Shown here: piece after piece, positions 45,928 through 54,707 of the stretch
Numbering within the stretch: position 1 is the first letter of the stretch
Layout of the letters: the number at the start of each line of letters is the position of its first letter
From: an uncultured Pseudomonadales bacterium
Lineage (GTDB): Bacteria; Patescibacteriota; Microgenomatia; UBA1400; UBA12028
Assembly (NCBI GenBank): GCA_964509365.1
Contig: CAZDWN010000005.1
Coordinates: 1 to 54,707, forward strand
Length of the DNA: 54,707 nucleotides
Direction: 5' to 3'
Position numbers and translations under genes: made by a program
Notes under the pieces: generated by a model
Database searches by the model: none
What the model was told of the DNA's origin: nothing
The model's input: only the letters and a program-made list of their open reading frames with translations

Positions 45928-46338
45928 ATGAGTATTGAAGGATATCAAAAAACTCACGAGATCCACTTGAGGATTTTTGACGAAGAACTTGCACAAACTT
46001 TGCTCGATTTTGTCGCGCAACATGCTGATAGAATTAGAATTGAGAGGAATCAGATAGTACTAGGAGAGGATGATTTATCCCTTGATAGGTTGTCACAGTT
46101 TATCGACGCATATCACAGTAAGCATCCAGATATAAGTATAAACTCAATCACTAGTCTGAAGAACAGCTTACAAAGAACTTTTGACAACATGATTGAAGGG
46201 AAATATATCACAGCACTTCTGGATGAAACTCAAACGATAGAGAATAGTGATCTGATTCTCATGTTTTTGTCTATTCGGAATTTTGGTGAAAAAAGACTCG
46301 CTCTCTTACGAGAAGTATTAAAAGAAGCTTATAAATAA
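45928..46338 (+). CDS. hypothetical protein inserted between rpsG and fusA
   Basis: 136-aa ORF that fills the whole rpsG-fusA gap. It uses AGA/AGG/ATA codons, unlike its neighbours. The C-terminal SIRNFGEKRLALLREVLKE looks like a helix-hairpin-helix. No SD. Confidence 0.55.
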   Translation: MSIEGYQKTHEIHLRIFDEELAQTLLDFVAQHADRIRIERNQIVLGEDDLSLDRLSQFIDAYHSKHPDISINSITSLKNSLQRTFDNMIEGKYITALLDETQTIENSDLILMFLSIRNFGEKRLALLREVLKEAYK

Positions 46339-46349
46339 TAAATATAAAT

Positions 46350-48500
46350 ATGGCACAACAAACCGTCAAAACAACCAAACGTGATATTCCTCTCGATCGA
46401 ATCCGCAATATCGGTATTATTGCGCACATCGACGCCGGAAAAACCACGACTTCAGAGCGCATCCTGTTTTACACAGGGAAGTCGTACAAGATTGGTGACA
46501 TTGATGACGGTGATACACAAATGGACTGGATGGAGCAGGAAAAAGAGCGAGGAATCACCATCGTTTCTGCTGCGACCACGACATTTTGGACCCCAGTCCT
46601 CGATACCGCAGCTCCTCATGAGCCATATCGTATTAACTTGATCGATACTCCGGGCCACGTCGACTTCACTGCTGAAGTGGAACGCTCATTGCGCGTCCTC
46701 GATGGCGGTGTCACAGTGCTTGATGGAGAAGAAGGTGTCCAAAGCCAGTCAGAGACTGTTTGGCGCCAAGCAGATAAATATAACGTCCCTCGTATTTGTT
46801 TCGTCAACAAAATGGATAAACTTGGAGCTGATTTCTTGCGTACGGTCGAAGATATCCGCAACAAGTTTGGGGTGAAGCCTGCCGTCATGGCGCTTCCAAT
46901 CGGAGCAGAAAATACGTTCCGTGGAATCGTGCTAGTGCTTGATCAAAAATCACTCATTTGGGAAGGTGATGAAACTGGTGCAAAATACACTCTTGGTGAT
47001 ATTCCAGAAGACATGAAAGAGCAAGTCGCAGAATATCGCGGCAAGTTGATCGAAGCGATTGCTGAGACTGATGATTCATTGCTCGAGAAGTATTTCGCAG
47101 GTGAAGAGATTGATGTCAATGTTTTGAAGAAAGCATTGCGAAAAGCGGTTATCGATTACAAACTTGTTCCGATTTTCTGTGGATCGTCACTTCGCAACAA
47201 AGGTGTCCAACCATTGCTTGATGCTGTCGTCGAGTACTTGCCATCTCCTGTCGATATCGGAGAAATCAAAGGCACCAACCCACAGACAGATGAACCAGCA
47301 TCCAGAAAACTCGTTCCAGAAGAAAAATTCTGTGGACTCGCATTTAAGATCCAAACCGATCCACACGTCGGACGTATTACGTACGTTCGTGTGTACTCGG
47401 GAAAACTGACCGCAGGCACCTATACGTATAACTCATCAAAAAGTGAGAAAGAGCGTATCGGTCGATTGCTTCTCATGCACGCAAACCAGCGTGAAGAAAT
47501 TGCCGAAGCATGGGCAGGTGAAATTGTCGCTATCGTCGGTTTAAAGAATACGAAGACCGGTGACACCCTGTGTGATGAGAACTTCCCAATTATCTTGGAA
47601 GGTATCTCATTTGCTGACCCAGTCATCTCCATGGCGATTGAACCAAAAACAAAAAATGACCAAGAGAAGATGGGTATGGCTTTGGGTAAACTGTTGGAAG
47701 AAGATCCGACATTCAAAGTGGCTCACAATGAAGAGACCGGCCAAACCACCATCGCTGGTATGGGCGAACTGCACCTGGAAATCTTGATCGATCGTATGAA
47801 GCGTGAATTTGGAGTCGAAGCGAATACTGGTGCTCCACAAGTCGCATACAAAGAAGCGATCAAACAAAAAGCAGAAGGCGAAGGAAAATACATCAAGCAA
47901 TCAGGTGGACGTGGACAATACGGACACTGCTGGCTCAAAGTCGAACCGAAAGATCGCGGTACAGGCTATGAGTGGATCAACGAGATCAAAGGTGGAGCGA
48001 TCCCTCGTGAATTTATCAACCCAATCGAAAAAGGTGTCAAAGAAGCCATGGAAAATGGCGTGCTCGCTGGATTCCCAATGGTTGATATCAAAGTCACCGT
48101 TTTTGACGGAAGTTACCACGAAGTCGACTCGTCTGAAATGTCATTTAAGATCGCAGGATCGATGGCTTTCCAGGCTGCAGTCAAGCAAGCTGATATGTGT
48201 CTCCTTGAGCCTATCATGCAAGTCGAAGTCACTACTCCATCTGAATTTATGGGAGATGTGATCGGTGATTTGTCGAGTAAGCGCGCACAAATTCAAGGCA
48301 GTGACCAACATGGGACAGCTGTGGTGATCAAAGCATTGGTCCCACTTTCAGAGATGCAAGGCTACGTGACGACACTTCGAAGTATGACCCAGGGACGTGC
48401 CGCATCAGTCATGATCCCAAGTCACTACGAAGAAGTCCCACAAAGTATTGCTGCAAAAATCATCGAGAAAGCGAAACCAAGTGGACGTGTGATGGCATAA
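46350..48500 (+). CDS. fusA: elongation factor G
   Basis: 716 aa. NIGIIAHIDAGKTTTSERIL, DTPGHVDF, NKMDK. Confidence 0.98.
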   Translation: MAQQTVKTTKRDIPLDRIRNIGIIAHIDAGKTTTSERILFYTGKSYKIGDIDDGDTQMDWMEQEKERGITIVSAATTTFWTPVLDTAAPHEPYRINLIDTPGHVDFTAEVERSLRVLDGGVTVLDGEEGVQSQSETVWRQADKYNVPRICFVNKMDKLGADFLRTVEDIRNKFGVKPAVMALPIGAENTFRGIVLVLDQKSLIWEGDETGAKYTLGDIPEDMKEQVAEYRGKLIEAIAETDDSLLEKYFAGEEIDVNVLKKALRKAVIDYKLVPIFCGSSLRNKGVQPLLDAVVEYLPSPVDIGEIKGTNPQTDEPASRKLVPEEKFCGLAFKIQTDPHVGRITYVRVYSGKLTAGTYTYNSSKSEKERIGRLLLMHANQREEIAEAWAGEIVAIVGLKNTKTGDTLCDENFPIILEGISFADPVISMAIEPKTKNDQEKMGMALGKLLEEDPTFKVAHNEETGQTTIAGMGELHLEILIDRMKREFGVEANTGAPQVAYKEAIKQKAEGEGKYIKQSGGRGQYGHCWLKVEPKDRGTGYEWINEIKGGAIPREFINPIEKGVKEAMENGVLAGFPMVDIKVTVFDGSYHEVDSSEMSFKIAGSMAFQAAVKQADMCLLEPIMQVEVTTPSEFMGDVIGDLSSKRAQIQGSDQHGTAVVIKALVPLSEMQGYVTTLRSMTQGRAASVMIPSHYEEVPQSIAAKIIEKAKPSGRVMA

Positions 48501-48583
48501 AATCTTTCTTCTCTTTTTTGAGGAAATGATATATACTCACTACTCGTAATTACAATAGTAAATAATTATAAAGGAATCTATTT

Positions 48584-49762
<1,179 letters not shown>

Positions 49763-49768
49763 GATCTT

Positions 49769-49803
49769 GTCATTCTGGCTTGTCCAGAATCATTCCGAAT
49801 CTG
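49769..49803 (+). repeat. short hairpin element related to copies A and B (weaker)
   Basis: TGTCAT-TCTGG-cttgt-CCAGA-ATC... It shares the TGTCAT lead and the TCTGG/CCAGA stem, and lies 7 nt after the tuf stop. Confidence 0.4.
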
Positions 49804-49805
49804 AT

Positions 49806-49836
49806 AAAACCCCCGTGTACAAAGCGGGGGTTTTTG
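49806..49836 (+). terminator. rho-independent terminator of tuf
   Basis: CCCCCG-tgtacaaag-CGGGGG, then T5. Confidence 0.8.
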
Positions 49837-49861
49837 GTATCCTCCAGTAAAGGAGCGAAGT

Positions 49862-50083
49862 ATGGGAAATGAAGTTTTGTCTGACGAACTTGTCACTAAA
49901 ATAACTGACGCAGTAAATCATGGCCTAGCTGAGGCGGTGAGAGACCTTTTTGAGGCAGCTCCTGATCTGGACAGGACTGTGGCTCGAGCACTTCTTCAAG
50001 TCTCCTTTCAAAAGGCACCAAACATCGTAAATCGGAGTTTGTCAGTTACCGATGAGGATATTCGAAAAGCCGTACGCTCCTAA
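49862..50083 (+). CDS. small hypothetical protein between tuf and rpsJ
   Basis: 73 aa with a strong AAAGGAG SD 7 nt upstream. Acidic and predicted helical. No family recognised. Confidence 0.55.
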   Translation: MGNEVLSDELVTKITDAVNHGLAEAVRDLFEAAPDLDRTVARALLQVSFQKAPNIVNRSLSVTDEDIRKAVRS

Positions 50084-50103
50084 ATTCCCCTCTGGGATAC
50101 CCC

Positions 50104-50132
50104 TTGCCACCAGGGTAAGATTTTGTTATACT
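50104..50132 (+). promoter_or_regulatory. candidate S10-operon promoter
   Basis: TTGCCA (50104-50109), 17-nt spacer, TATACT (50127-50132). Confidence 0.55.
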
Positions 50133-50170
50133 ACCTTTCTTGCTCATTGAAATAGAACTTAGGCAAATAT

Positions 50171-50500
50171 ATGGCACAAGGGAAAACCACCTCTGAAAAG
50201 CCGCGTATCCGCGTCCGACTCAAATCATTTGATAGTCGAGTAGTAGATGACGCTGCAAAGAAGATCGTCGATACCGCTGTATCGACTGGTGCAAAGGTCG
50301 TCGGCCCAGTCCCCATGCCAACTCACCGAAAGAGTTTTACTGTTCTTACATCCCCTCACGTGGATAAGAACGCCCAAGAGCACTTTGAGATTCGCACCCA
50401 CAAACGCATGATCGATATCATGGAGCCAACAGGCAAGACCATTGATGCATTAATGCATCTCGAGCTTCCAGCTGGGGTAGGAATACAGATAAAAATGTAA
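50171..50500 (+). CDS. rpsJ: 30S ribosomal protein S10
   Basis: 109 aa. IRVRLKSFD...LD..., [19 protein letters not shown]. Confidence 0.97.
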   Translation: MAQGKTTSEKPRIRVRLKSFDSRVVDDAAKKIVDTAVSTGAKVVGPVPMPTHRKSFTVLTSPHVDKNAQEHFEIRTHKRMIDIMEPTGKTIDALMHLELPAGVGIQIKM

Positions 50501-50557
50501 GTTGTTGTATATCGCCCGCCGATGAGGTGGGAGTAGATACACAAGGTTCGGCTACTG

Positions 50558-50580
50558 CCGCCCTTGTGGGCGGTTTTTTT
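50558..50580 (+). terminator. terminator-type hairpin between rpsJ and rplC (candidate attenuator)
   Basis: CCGCCC-ttgt-GGGCGG, then T7 ending at the base before the rplC ATG (50581). Confidence 0.6.
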
Positions 50581-51288
50581 ATGGTTAATCAAATTATAGG
50601 CACCAAACGACATATGACTCAGGTCTGGACCACTAGTGGTACCAGGATCCCTGTGTCTGTTGTCCGCTTTTCAGACTGCACTGTCATCAAAGCCGGGAAC
50701 AAGGACGGAAAGTTGGTCGTCGGCGCAAAAGCCAAAAAACTCAAGAATGTCGCCAAGCCACAACGTGCACAGCTTGAAAAGCTCAGACTCAAAACCGGTT
50801 TTATCAAGATGGTTGAGATCAGTGTCGATGGTGAAGACATGAGTTTGGCCGCTGGGACCCTCCTAACACCAGATAAGGTATTGACTGTCGGTGACATGGT
50901 CAAAGTGACCGGTATCAGTAAGGGAACTGGATTTACGGGTGTCGTGAAGCGCTGGGGATTTAAGGGCGGACCACGTACCCACGGACAAGCTGACCGAGAG
51001 CGTGCACCAGGATCTATTGGATCAGGTACGACTCCAGGTCGCGTCTACAAAAACAAGAAAATGGCCGGACGTGCTGGAAATGAACAAGTGACTGTGATCG
51101 GACTTCAAGTCGTCGCTATTGATGGCAATGATGTCTGGATCAAAGGCTTGATCCCAGGTGCAATGAATGGCATCGTCACCGTAACCAAACTTGGAACTGG
51201 AAAATTTGAAGGAATCTTGAATGGTCCAAAGGTGAAAGTCGATCAGGCGATCAGTGGATCAGAGAACACAGAAACAAAATCGGAATAA
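50581..51288 (+). CDS. rplC: 50S ribosomal protein L3
   Basis: Preferred ATG 50581 ([16 protein letters not shown]), with [10 protein letters not shown] and [12 protein letters not shown]. The track's upstream GTG extension runs through the hairpin. Confidence 0.95.
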   Translation: MVNQIIGTKRHMTQVWTTSGTRIPVSVVRFSDCTVIKAGNKDGKLVVGAKAKKLKNVAKPQRAQLEKLRLKTGFIKMVEISVDGEDMSLAAGTLLTPDKVLTVGDMVKVTGISKGTGFTGVVKRWGFKGGPRTHGQADRERAPGSIGSGTTPGRVYKNKKMAGRAGNEQVTVIGLQVVAIDGNDVWIKGLIPGAMNGIVTVTKLGTGKFEGILNGPKVKVDQAISGSENTETKSE

Positions 51289-51289
51289 T

Positions 51290-52003
51290 ATGAAAATTCA
51301 GTCAGTCAATATCAGTGGAAAAGCAGGCAAAGAGATCGATAGTCCGATCTTTGATAATGCTGGAAGTGCCACATTGGTTGCCCAAGCTGTCCGCGTGTAT
51401 TTGGCGAATCAGCGATCTGGAACTGCAAAAGCAAAGACTCGATCAGAAGTGAACCGAACCAAAAAGAAGTGGTTTAAGCAAAAAGGAACTGGAAATGCCC
51501 GTCACGGTGCACGTACCGCTCCTATTTTTGTCGGTGGTGGTGTCGCACATGGACCTATGGGAGACACAAACTGGAAACTCTCAATGAGTAAGACGATGCG
51601 AATGCGAGCACTTGAGACAACTCTCGCCTTGCAGGCAGGGAAAGAAAATGTCATGGTTGTCGAAGGTTTTGACACTCTCTCTGGAAAAACCAAAGAGATG
51701 GTTACAGCCCTCGAGAATATGAAGTTGACTGGAAAAGCGATCTTGGTGATCGTCCCGACTATCACTGATGAAGTGATGCGAGCGACCGACAATATCGAAA
51801 ATGTACTCGTCATGCAGGCGAAAGATGCAAGTACGTACGTCGTCGCTAGAGCACAGAAGATCCTGATTACACCAGAAGGATTAAAAGAACTTGAGACTCG
51901 ATTTACGAAAGTCGCAAAGCGAGAAAAAGTCGCCGAGACGAAAGAACTTGTGAAAAAACCAGCCGCAAAGAAGGTTACCAAAAAGGCAGTCGCGACTGCA
52001 TAA
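51290..52003 (+). CDS. rplD: 50S ribosomal protein L4
   Basis: Preferred ATG 51290, in a TAATATG junction with rplC. KQKGTGNARHG, PIFVGGGVAHGP. Lys-rich C-terminal extension. Confidence 0.95.
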   Translation: MKIQSVNISGKAGKEIDSPIFDNAGSATLVAQAVRVYLANQRSGTAKAKTRSEVNRTKKKWFKQKGTGNARHGARTAPIFVGGGVAHGPMGDTNWKLSMSKTMRMRALETTLALQAGKENVMVVEGFDTLSGKTKEMVTALENMKLTGKAILVIVPTITDEVMRATDNIENVLVMQAKDASTYVVARAQKILITPEGLKELETRFTKVAKREKVAETKELVKKPAAKKVTKKAVATA

Positions 52004-52006
52004 TCT

Positions 52007-52303
52007 ATGAATCCGTTCATTTTAAAACGACCATTGATCACTGAAAAGACGTATAAATTGGCACAAGACAAAGTCTTTACGTTTGAAGTGGATCCAAAGT
52101 CGACCAAAGGTCAGATCCGAGAAGCAGTCGAAGAGACATTTGGAGTCAACGTCCTCTCAGTCCAAACTGTTATCCTCATGGGGAAAATCAAGAAGACTGG
52201 GAAGAAGCGAATGGCGACACAACGAAGTACAAAGAAGAAAGCAATGGTTCGTATTCAACCTGATCAAACCATCGAAGTGTTTGAAATTAAACCTGAAAAT
52301 TAA
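52007..52303 (+). CDS. rplW: 50S ribosomal protein L23
   Basis: 98 aa. ILKRPLITEKT..., FEVDPKSTKGQIREAVEETFGV. Confidence 0.95.
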   Translation: MNPFILKRPLITEKTYKLAQDKVFTFEVDPKSTKGQIREAVEETFGVNVLSVQTVILMGKIKKTGKKRMATQRSTKKKAMVRIQPDQTIEVFEIKPEN

Positions 52304-52317
52304 TAGATAAACGTACT

Positions 52318-53154
52318 ATGGCACTGAAAGCTCGAAAACCAACGACCCCGGGACAACGCCATCGCAAAGATGTCGATATCTCGACTTTGAGTAAAAATGG
52401 ACCGGAAAAGTCATTGTTGAAAAAAGGTGTCTACAAGAGACAAGGACGCAATAACACTGGTATAATCACCGTTCGCCATCGCGGAGGTGGAAACAAGCGC
52501 AAGCTCCGTGTTATTGATTTCCGTCGTGATAAGGTCGGTGTTGCTGCAGTCGTCACCTCTATTGAGTACGACCCAATGCGCACTGCTCGTATTGCATTGG
52601 TGACATACGCAGATGGAGAGAAACGTTATATCTTGGCTCCAGATGGGTTGACCGTCGGGAAGTCAGTGATGAGTGGAATGGAAGCTGATATCGCAGTCGG
52701 AAATGCGATGCCAGTGTCTCGCATCCCAGTGGGAACACCAATTCATAATATTGAATTGACCCCAGGAAAAGGTGCGCAATTGATCCGCTCAGCAGGAAGT
52801 AGTGCGTTGATCCAAAGTAAAGAAGGCGCCTACGTTACGATCGCATTGCCAAGTAAAGAAGTACGTTTGGTCAAAGCCACTTGTATGGCAACGATCGGAC
52901 AAGTCGGCAATGTGGAATGGAAGACATCGACATTTGGAAAAGCCGGACGCAAACGACACTTGGGTTGGCGACCAGCAGTTCGTGGAACTGCACAGCACCC
53001 AGCGAGTCACCCACACGGTGGTGGAGAAGGTCGATCAGGCGTTGGTTTGAAATATCCGAAGACTCCATGGGGCAAGCATGCACTTGGTACGAAGACTCGC
53101 AGTCACAAACGTTATAGTAGAAAGTTGATCGTCAAAGATCGACGAGTAAAGTAA
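52318..53154 (+). CDS. rplB: 50S ribosomal protein L2
   Basis: 278 aa. GRNN.G.ITVRHRGGG.KR, HPHGGGEG. Confidence 0.98.
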   Translation: MALKARKPTTPGQRHRKDVDISTLSKNGPEKSLLKKGVYKRQGRNNTGIITVRHRGGGNKRKLRVIDFRRDKVGVAAVVTSIEYDPMRTARIALVTYADGEKRYILAPDGLTVGKSVMSGMEADIAVGNAMPVSRIPVGTPIHNIELTPGKGAQLIRSAGSSALIQSKEGAYVTIALPSKEVRLVKATCMATIGQVGNVEWKTSTFGKAGRKRHLGWRPAVRGTAQHPASHPHGGGEGRSGVGLKYPKTPWGKHALGTKTRSHKRYSRKLIVKDRRVK

Positions 53155-53160
53155 AAAAAT

Positions 53161-53445
53161 ATGTCACGAAGTAGCATCAAGGGACCATACATTGACGAGA
53201 GACTTTTGGAGAAAGTGAATAAACAAAAGTCATCTGGAAAAAAAGAAGCGATCAAGACGTGGAAACGCGCCTGTCAAATCGCTCCTGAGTTTGTTGGTCA
53301 CACATTTGCAGTTCACAATGGCAAAAAGTTTATTGAAGTATTCGTGAACGAATCAATGGTAGGTCATCGATTGGGAGAGTTCTCTCCGACTCGTACCTTC
53401 CACGGTCACGGAAAGATGGTCAAGCGTACCTTAACCAAGACATAA
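53161..53445 (+). CDS. rpsS: 30S ribosomal protein S19
   Basis: 94 aa. [11 protein letters not shown]..., [26 protein letters not shown]. Confidence 0.97.
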   Translation: MSRSSIKGPYIDERLLEKVNKQKSSGKKEAIKTWKRACQIAPEFVGHTFAVHNGKKFIEVFVNESMVGHRLGEFSPTRTFHGHGKMVKRTLTKT

Positions 53446-53452
53446 AAAGTAT

Positions 53453-53923
53453 ATGGAAATTATTGCAAAACAAACCTACATCCGTGGTGGTCAGCAAAAA
53501 CTGACTGACATTACACGTGTAGTGAAGAAAATGAGCATTGCCAAGATGCGTTTGCAATTGCAGCAAATGAACAAGCATGCAGCGAAGCGAATTTTGGAGA
53601 CATTGAATCAAGCGGTAGCCAATGCTCAAAACAATCATGGGATTAGCGAAGATAAGCTCGTATTAAAAGAGATGTTGATCCTGCGTGGACCTCACTACAA
53701 GCGAATGCGACCAGTGAGTCGTGGTATGGGACATGCCATCTTAAAACGAACCAGTCACATCTATATCAAACTTGAGAGTAAAGAAGAGACAGAGAGTAGT
53801 ACGCAGCCAGTAGTAAATAGCAAGGTAGAAGAGACAAAAACTGAGGAAGTGAAACCAGTAGTAAAAAAAGTTAGTACAAAGAAACCCGCTGCCGCAAAAG
53901 CTAAAGCGGGCAAGGCAGAATAA
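53453..53923 (+). CDS. rplV: 50S ribosomal protein L22 with Lys/Glu-rich C-terminal extension
   Basis: 156 aa. The L22 core (..YIRGGQQKL.., MRPVSRGMGHAILKRTSHIYI) is followed by a charged tail of about 45 aa. Confidence 0.93.
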   Translation: MEIIAKQTYIRGGQQKLTDITRVVKKMSIAKMRLQLQQMNKHAAKRILETLNQAVANAQNNHGISEDKLVLKEMLILRGPHYKRMRPVSRGMGHAILKRTSHIYIKLESKEETESSTQPVVNSKVEETKTEEVKPVVKKVSTKKPAAAKAKAGKAE

Positions 53924-53926
53924 TAT

Positions 53927-54583
53927 ATGGGACAGAAAGTTAATCCACACGTCTTCCGACTTGGCAATCTCTACACTTGGGATTCGCTCTGGTTCGCTGA
54001 ACCACGTGGGTACAATACCTATGTGCTCGAAGATGTCAAGATCCGCAAGTTTTTGAGCGCAAAGCTTGCAAGTGCTGGATTGGTGAAGATTGAGATTGAA
54101 CGATCAGTGAATGCCTTGAAACTTCGTTTCTTGGTGAGTCGCCCTGGAGTTGTCATCGGTCGAGGTGGTTCGAACTTGGACCAACTCAAACAAGATGTGG
54201 CAAAACTATTGAAGATTAACTTGAATGATAAAAAAGCCATGAAAATCGTCATTGACGAGATCATGGAAGAGAAGCGACCAGATGCTTCCGCCAAACTCGT
54301 CGCTGAGCGCATCGCTGACCAATTGGTGAAGCGATACCCACAACGACGAGCAGTCAGCCAAGCATTGGAAAAAGCAATGGGAGCTGGAGCAAAGGGAATC
54401 AAAATCGTGTTATCAGGTCGTATCAATGGTGCGGAAATCGGTCGCCGAGAGAAGTATGGGACAGGGACCGTTCCGACGCAGACGTTGAGAGCTGATATTG
54501 ATTACGCACACGTGCCTGCAAAGACACGATCTGGATATGTCGGAATAAAGGTTTGGATTCATAAAGGAGAGAAGAATAGCTAA
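53927..54583 (+). CDS. rpsC: 30S ribosomal protein S3
   Basis: 218 aa. MGQKVNPHVFRLG, the KH domain, and GRINGAEIGRRE. Confidence 0.97.
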   Translation: MGQKVNPHVFRLGNLYTWDSLWFAEPRGYNTYVLEDVKIRKFLSAKLASAGLVKIEIERSVNALKLRFLVSRPGVVIGRGGSNLDQLKQDVAKLLKINLNDKKAMKIVIDEIMEEKRPDASAKLVAERIADQLVKRYPQRRAVSQALEKAMGAGAKGIKIVLSGRINGAEIGRREKYGTGTVPTQTLRADIDYAHVPAKTRSGYVGIKVWIHKGEKNS

Positions 54584-54584
54584 G

Positions 54585-54649
54585 AGCTTTTAGCTTTTAG
54601 AAAAATACAAGAAATGTGCTATCAGCTACAAGCTAATAGCTACAAGCTA
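54585..54649. repeat. short tandem repeats in the rpsC-rplP spacer
   Basis: AGCTTTT x2 (54585-54598), and AGCTACAAGCTA x2 with a 14-nt period (54624-54635 and 54638-54649). TAGCTTTTAGCT is a near reverse complement of AGCTACAAGCTA. Confidence 0.7.
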
Positions 54650-54653
54650 GACT

Positions 54654-54707
54654 ATGTTGCAGCCAAAGAAAATGAAATACCGAAAGATGTTCAAAGGCAA
54701 ACGCGAT
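54654..54707 (+). CDS. rplP: 50S ribosomal protein L16 (5' fragment, truncated by the window end)
   Basis: MLQPKKMKYRKMFKGKRD matches the L16 N-terminus (MLxPKRxKYRK). The frame runs off the window. Confidence 0.9.
   Translation, partial: MLQPKKMKYRKMFKGKRD

Noticed and set aside
50527-50580. Upstream alternative starts for rplC (50527) and rplD (51254)
   Set aside because: The rplC extension runs through the terminator-like hairpin and T7 run, and the rplD extension overlaps the end of rplC. The conserved L3 and L4 N-termini begin at 50581 and 51290.
54585-54649. CRISPR-like or minisatellite array
   Set aside because: There are only two copies each of 7- and 12-nt units with a 2-nt gap. 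There are no spacers and no cas genes. It is too short to be a CRISPR array.

Overview
Gene-dense (about 90% coding) 54.7-kb bacterial chromosomal segment. It reads with the standard code: rpoB, rpoC, fusA and ftsK frames are long and intact, and TGA is used as a stop.

Content from left to right:
- A small membrane ORF, an ATP-grasp ligase and rpsA.
- An AT-rich two-gene unit whose products carry beta-carbonic-anhydrase / CsoSCA-like zinc-site motifs, followed by a GNAT.
- A minus-strand rmlC-fur-DUF2177 unit.
- A type IV pilus locus: pilB, pilC, three minor pseudopilins, an 808-aa giant pilin with LVIVD-like repeats, a PilX-like protein, a bitopic assembly protein and the major pilin. A CheY-like receiver gene sits inside the locus.
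- An hsp20 gene behind a CIRCE operator, and a CHRD-like lipoprotein.
- yqeY, a LacD-type aldolase, a MutY-like glycosylase, yidC, an SPFH protein and groES-groEL.
- A secreted Pro/Thr-rich protein behind a long structured non-coding stretch, and an HD hydrolase.
- A promoter/terminator-bounded tmRNA-like ncRNA and a tRNA-CAT.
- ftsB/divIC, a Xer recombinase, ftsK, a RodZ-like protein, a short alaS, a large bitopic surface protein, a sortase, ruvX and mltG.
- rpoB-rpoC, the str operon (rpsL-rpsG-[extra ORF]-fusA-tuf), an extra small ORF, and the S10 operon from rpsJ to the start of rplP, which is cut by the window end.

No rRNA, CRISPR array, transposase or integrase-bounded island was seen.

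The repertoire (T4P plus sortase, AlaRS without a C-Ala domain, compact operons) suggests a small-genome Patescibacteria/CPR-like monoderm. That is inference only.

The most unusual items are:
- the CsoSCA-like gene pair;
- the atypical tmRNA-like RNA;
- the foreign-looking ORF inside the str operon;
- terminator-type hairpins in the rpoB, rpsL and rplC leaders;
- a small hairpin repeat family with compensatory stem changes.

All coordinates and motifs were read by eye. No database search was run.
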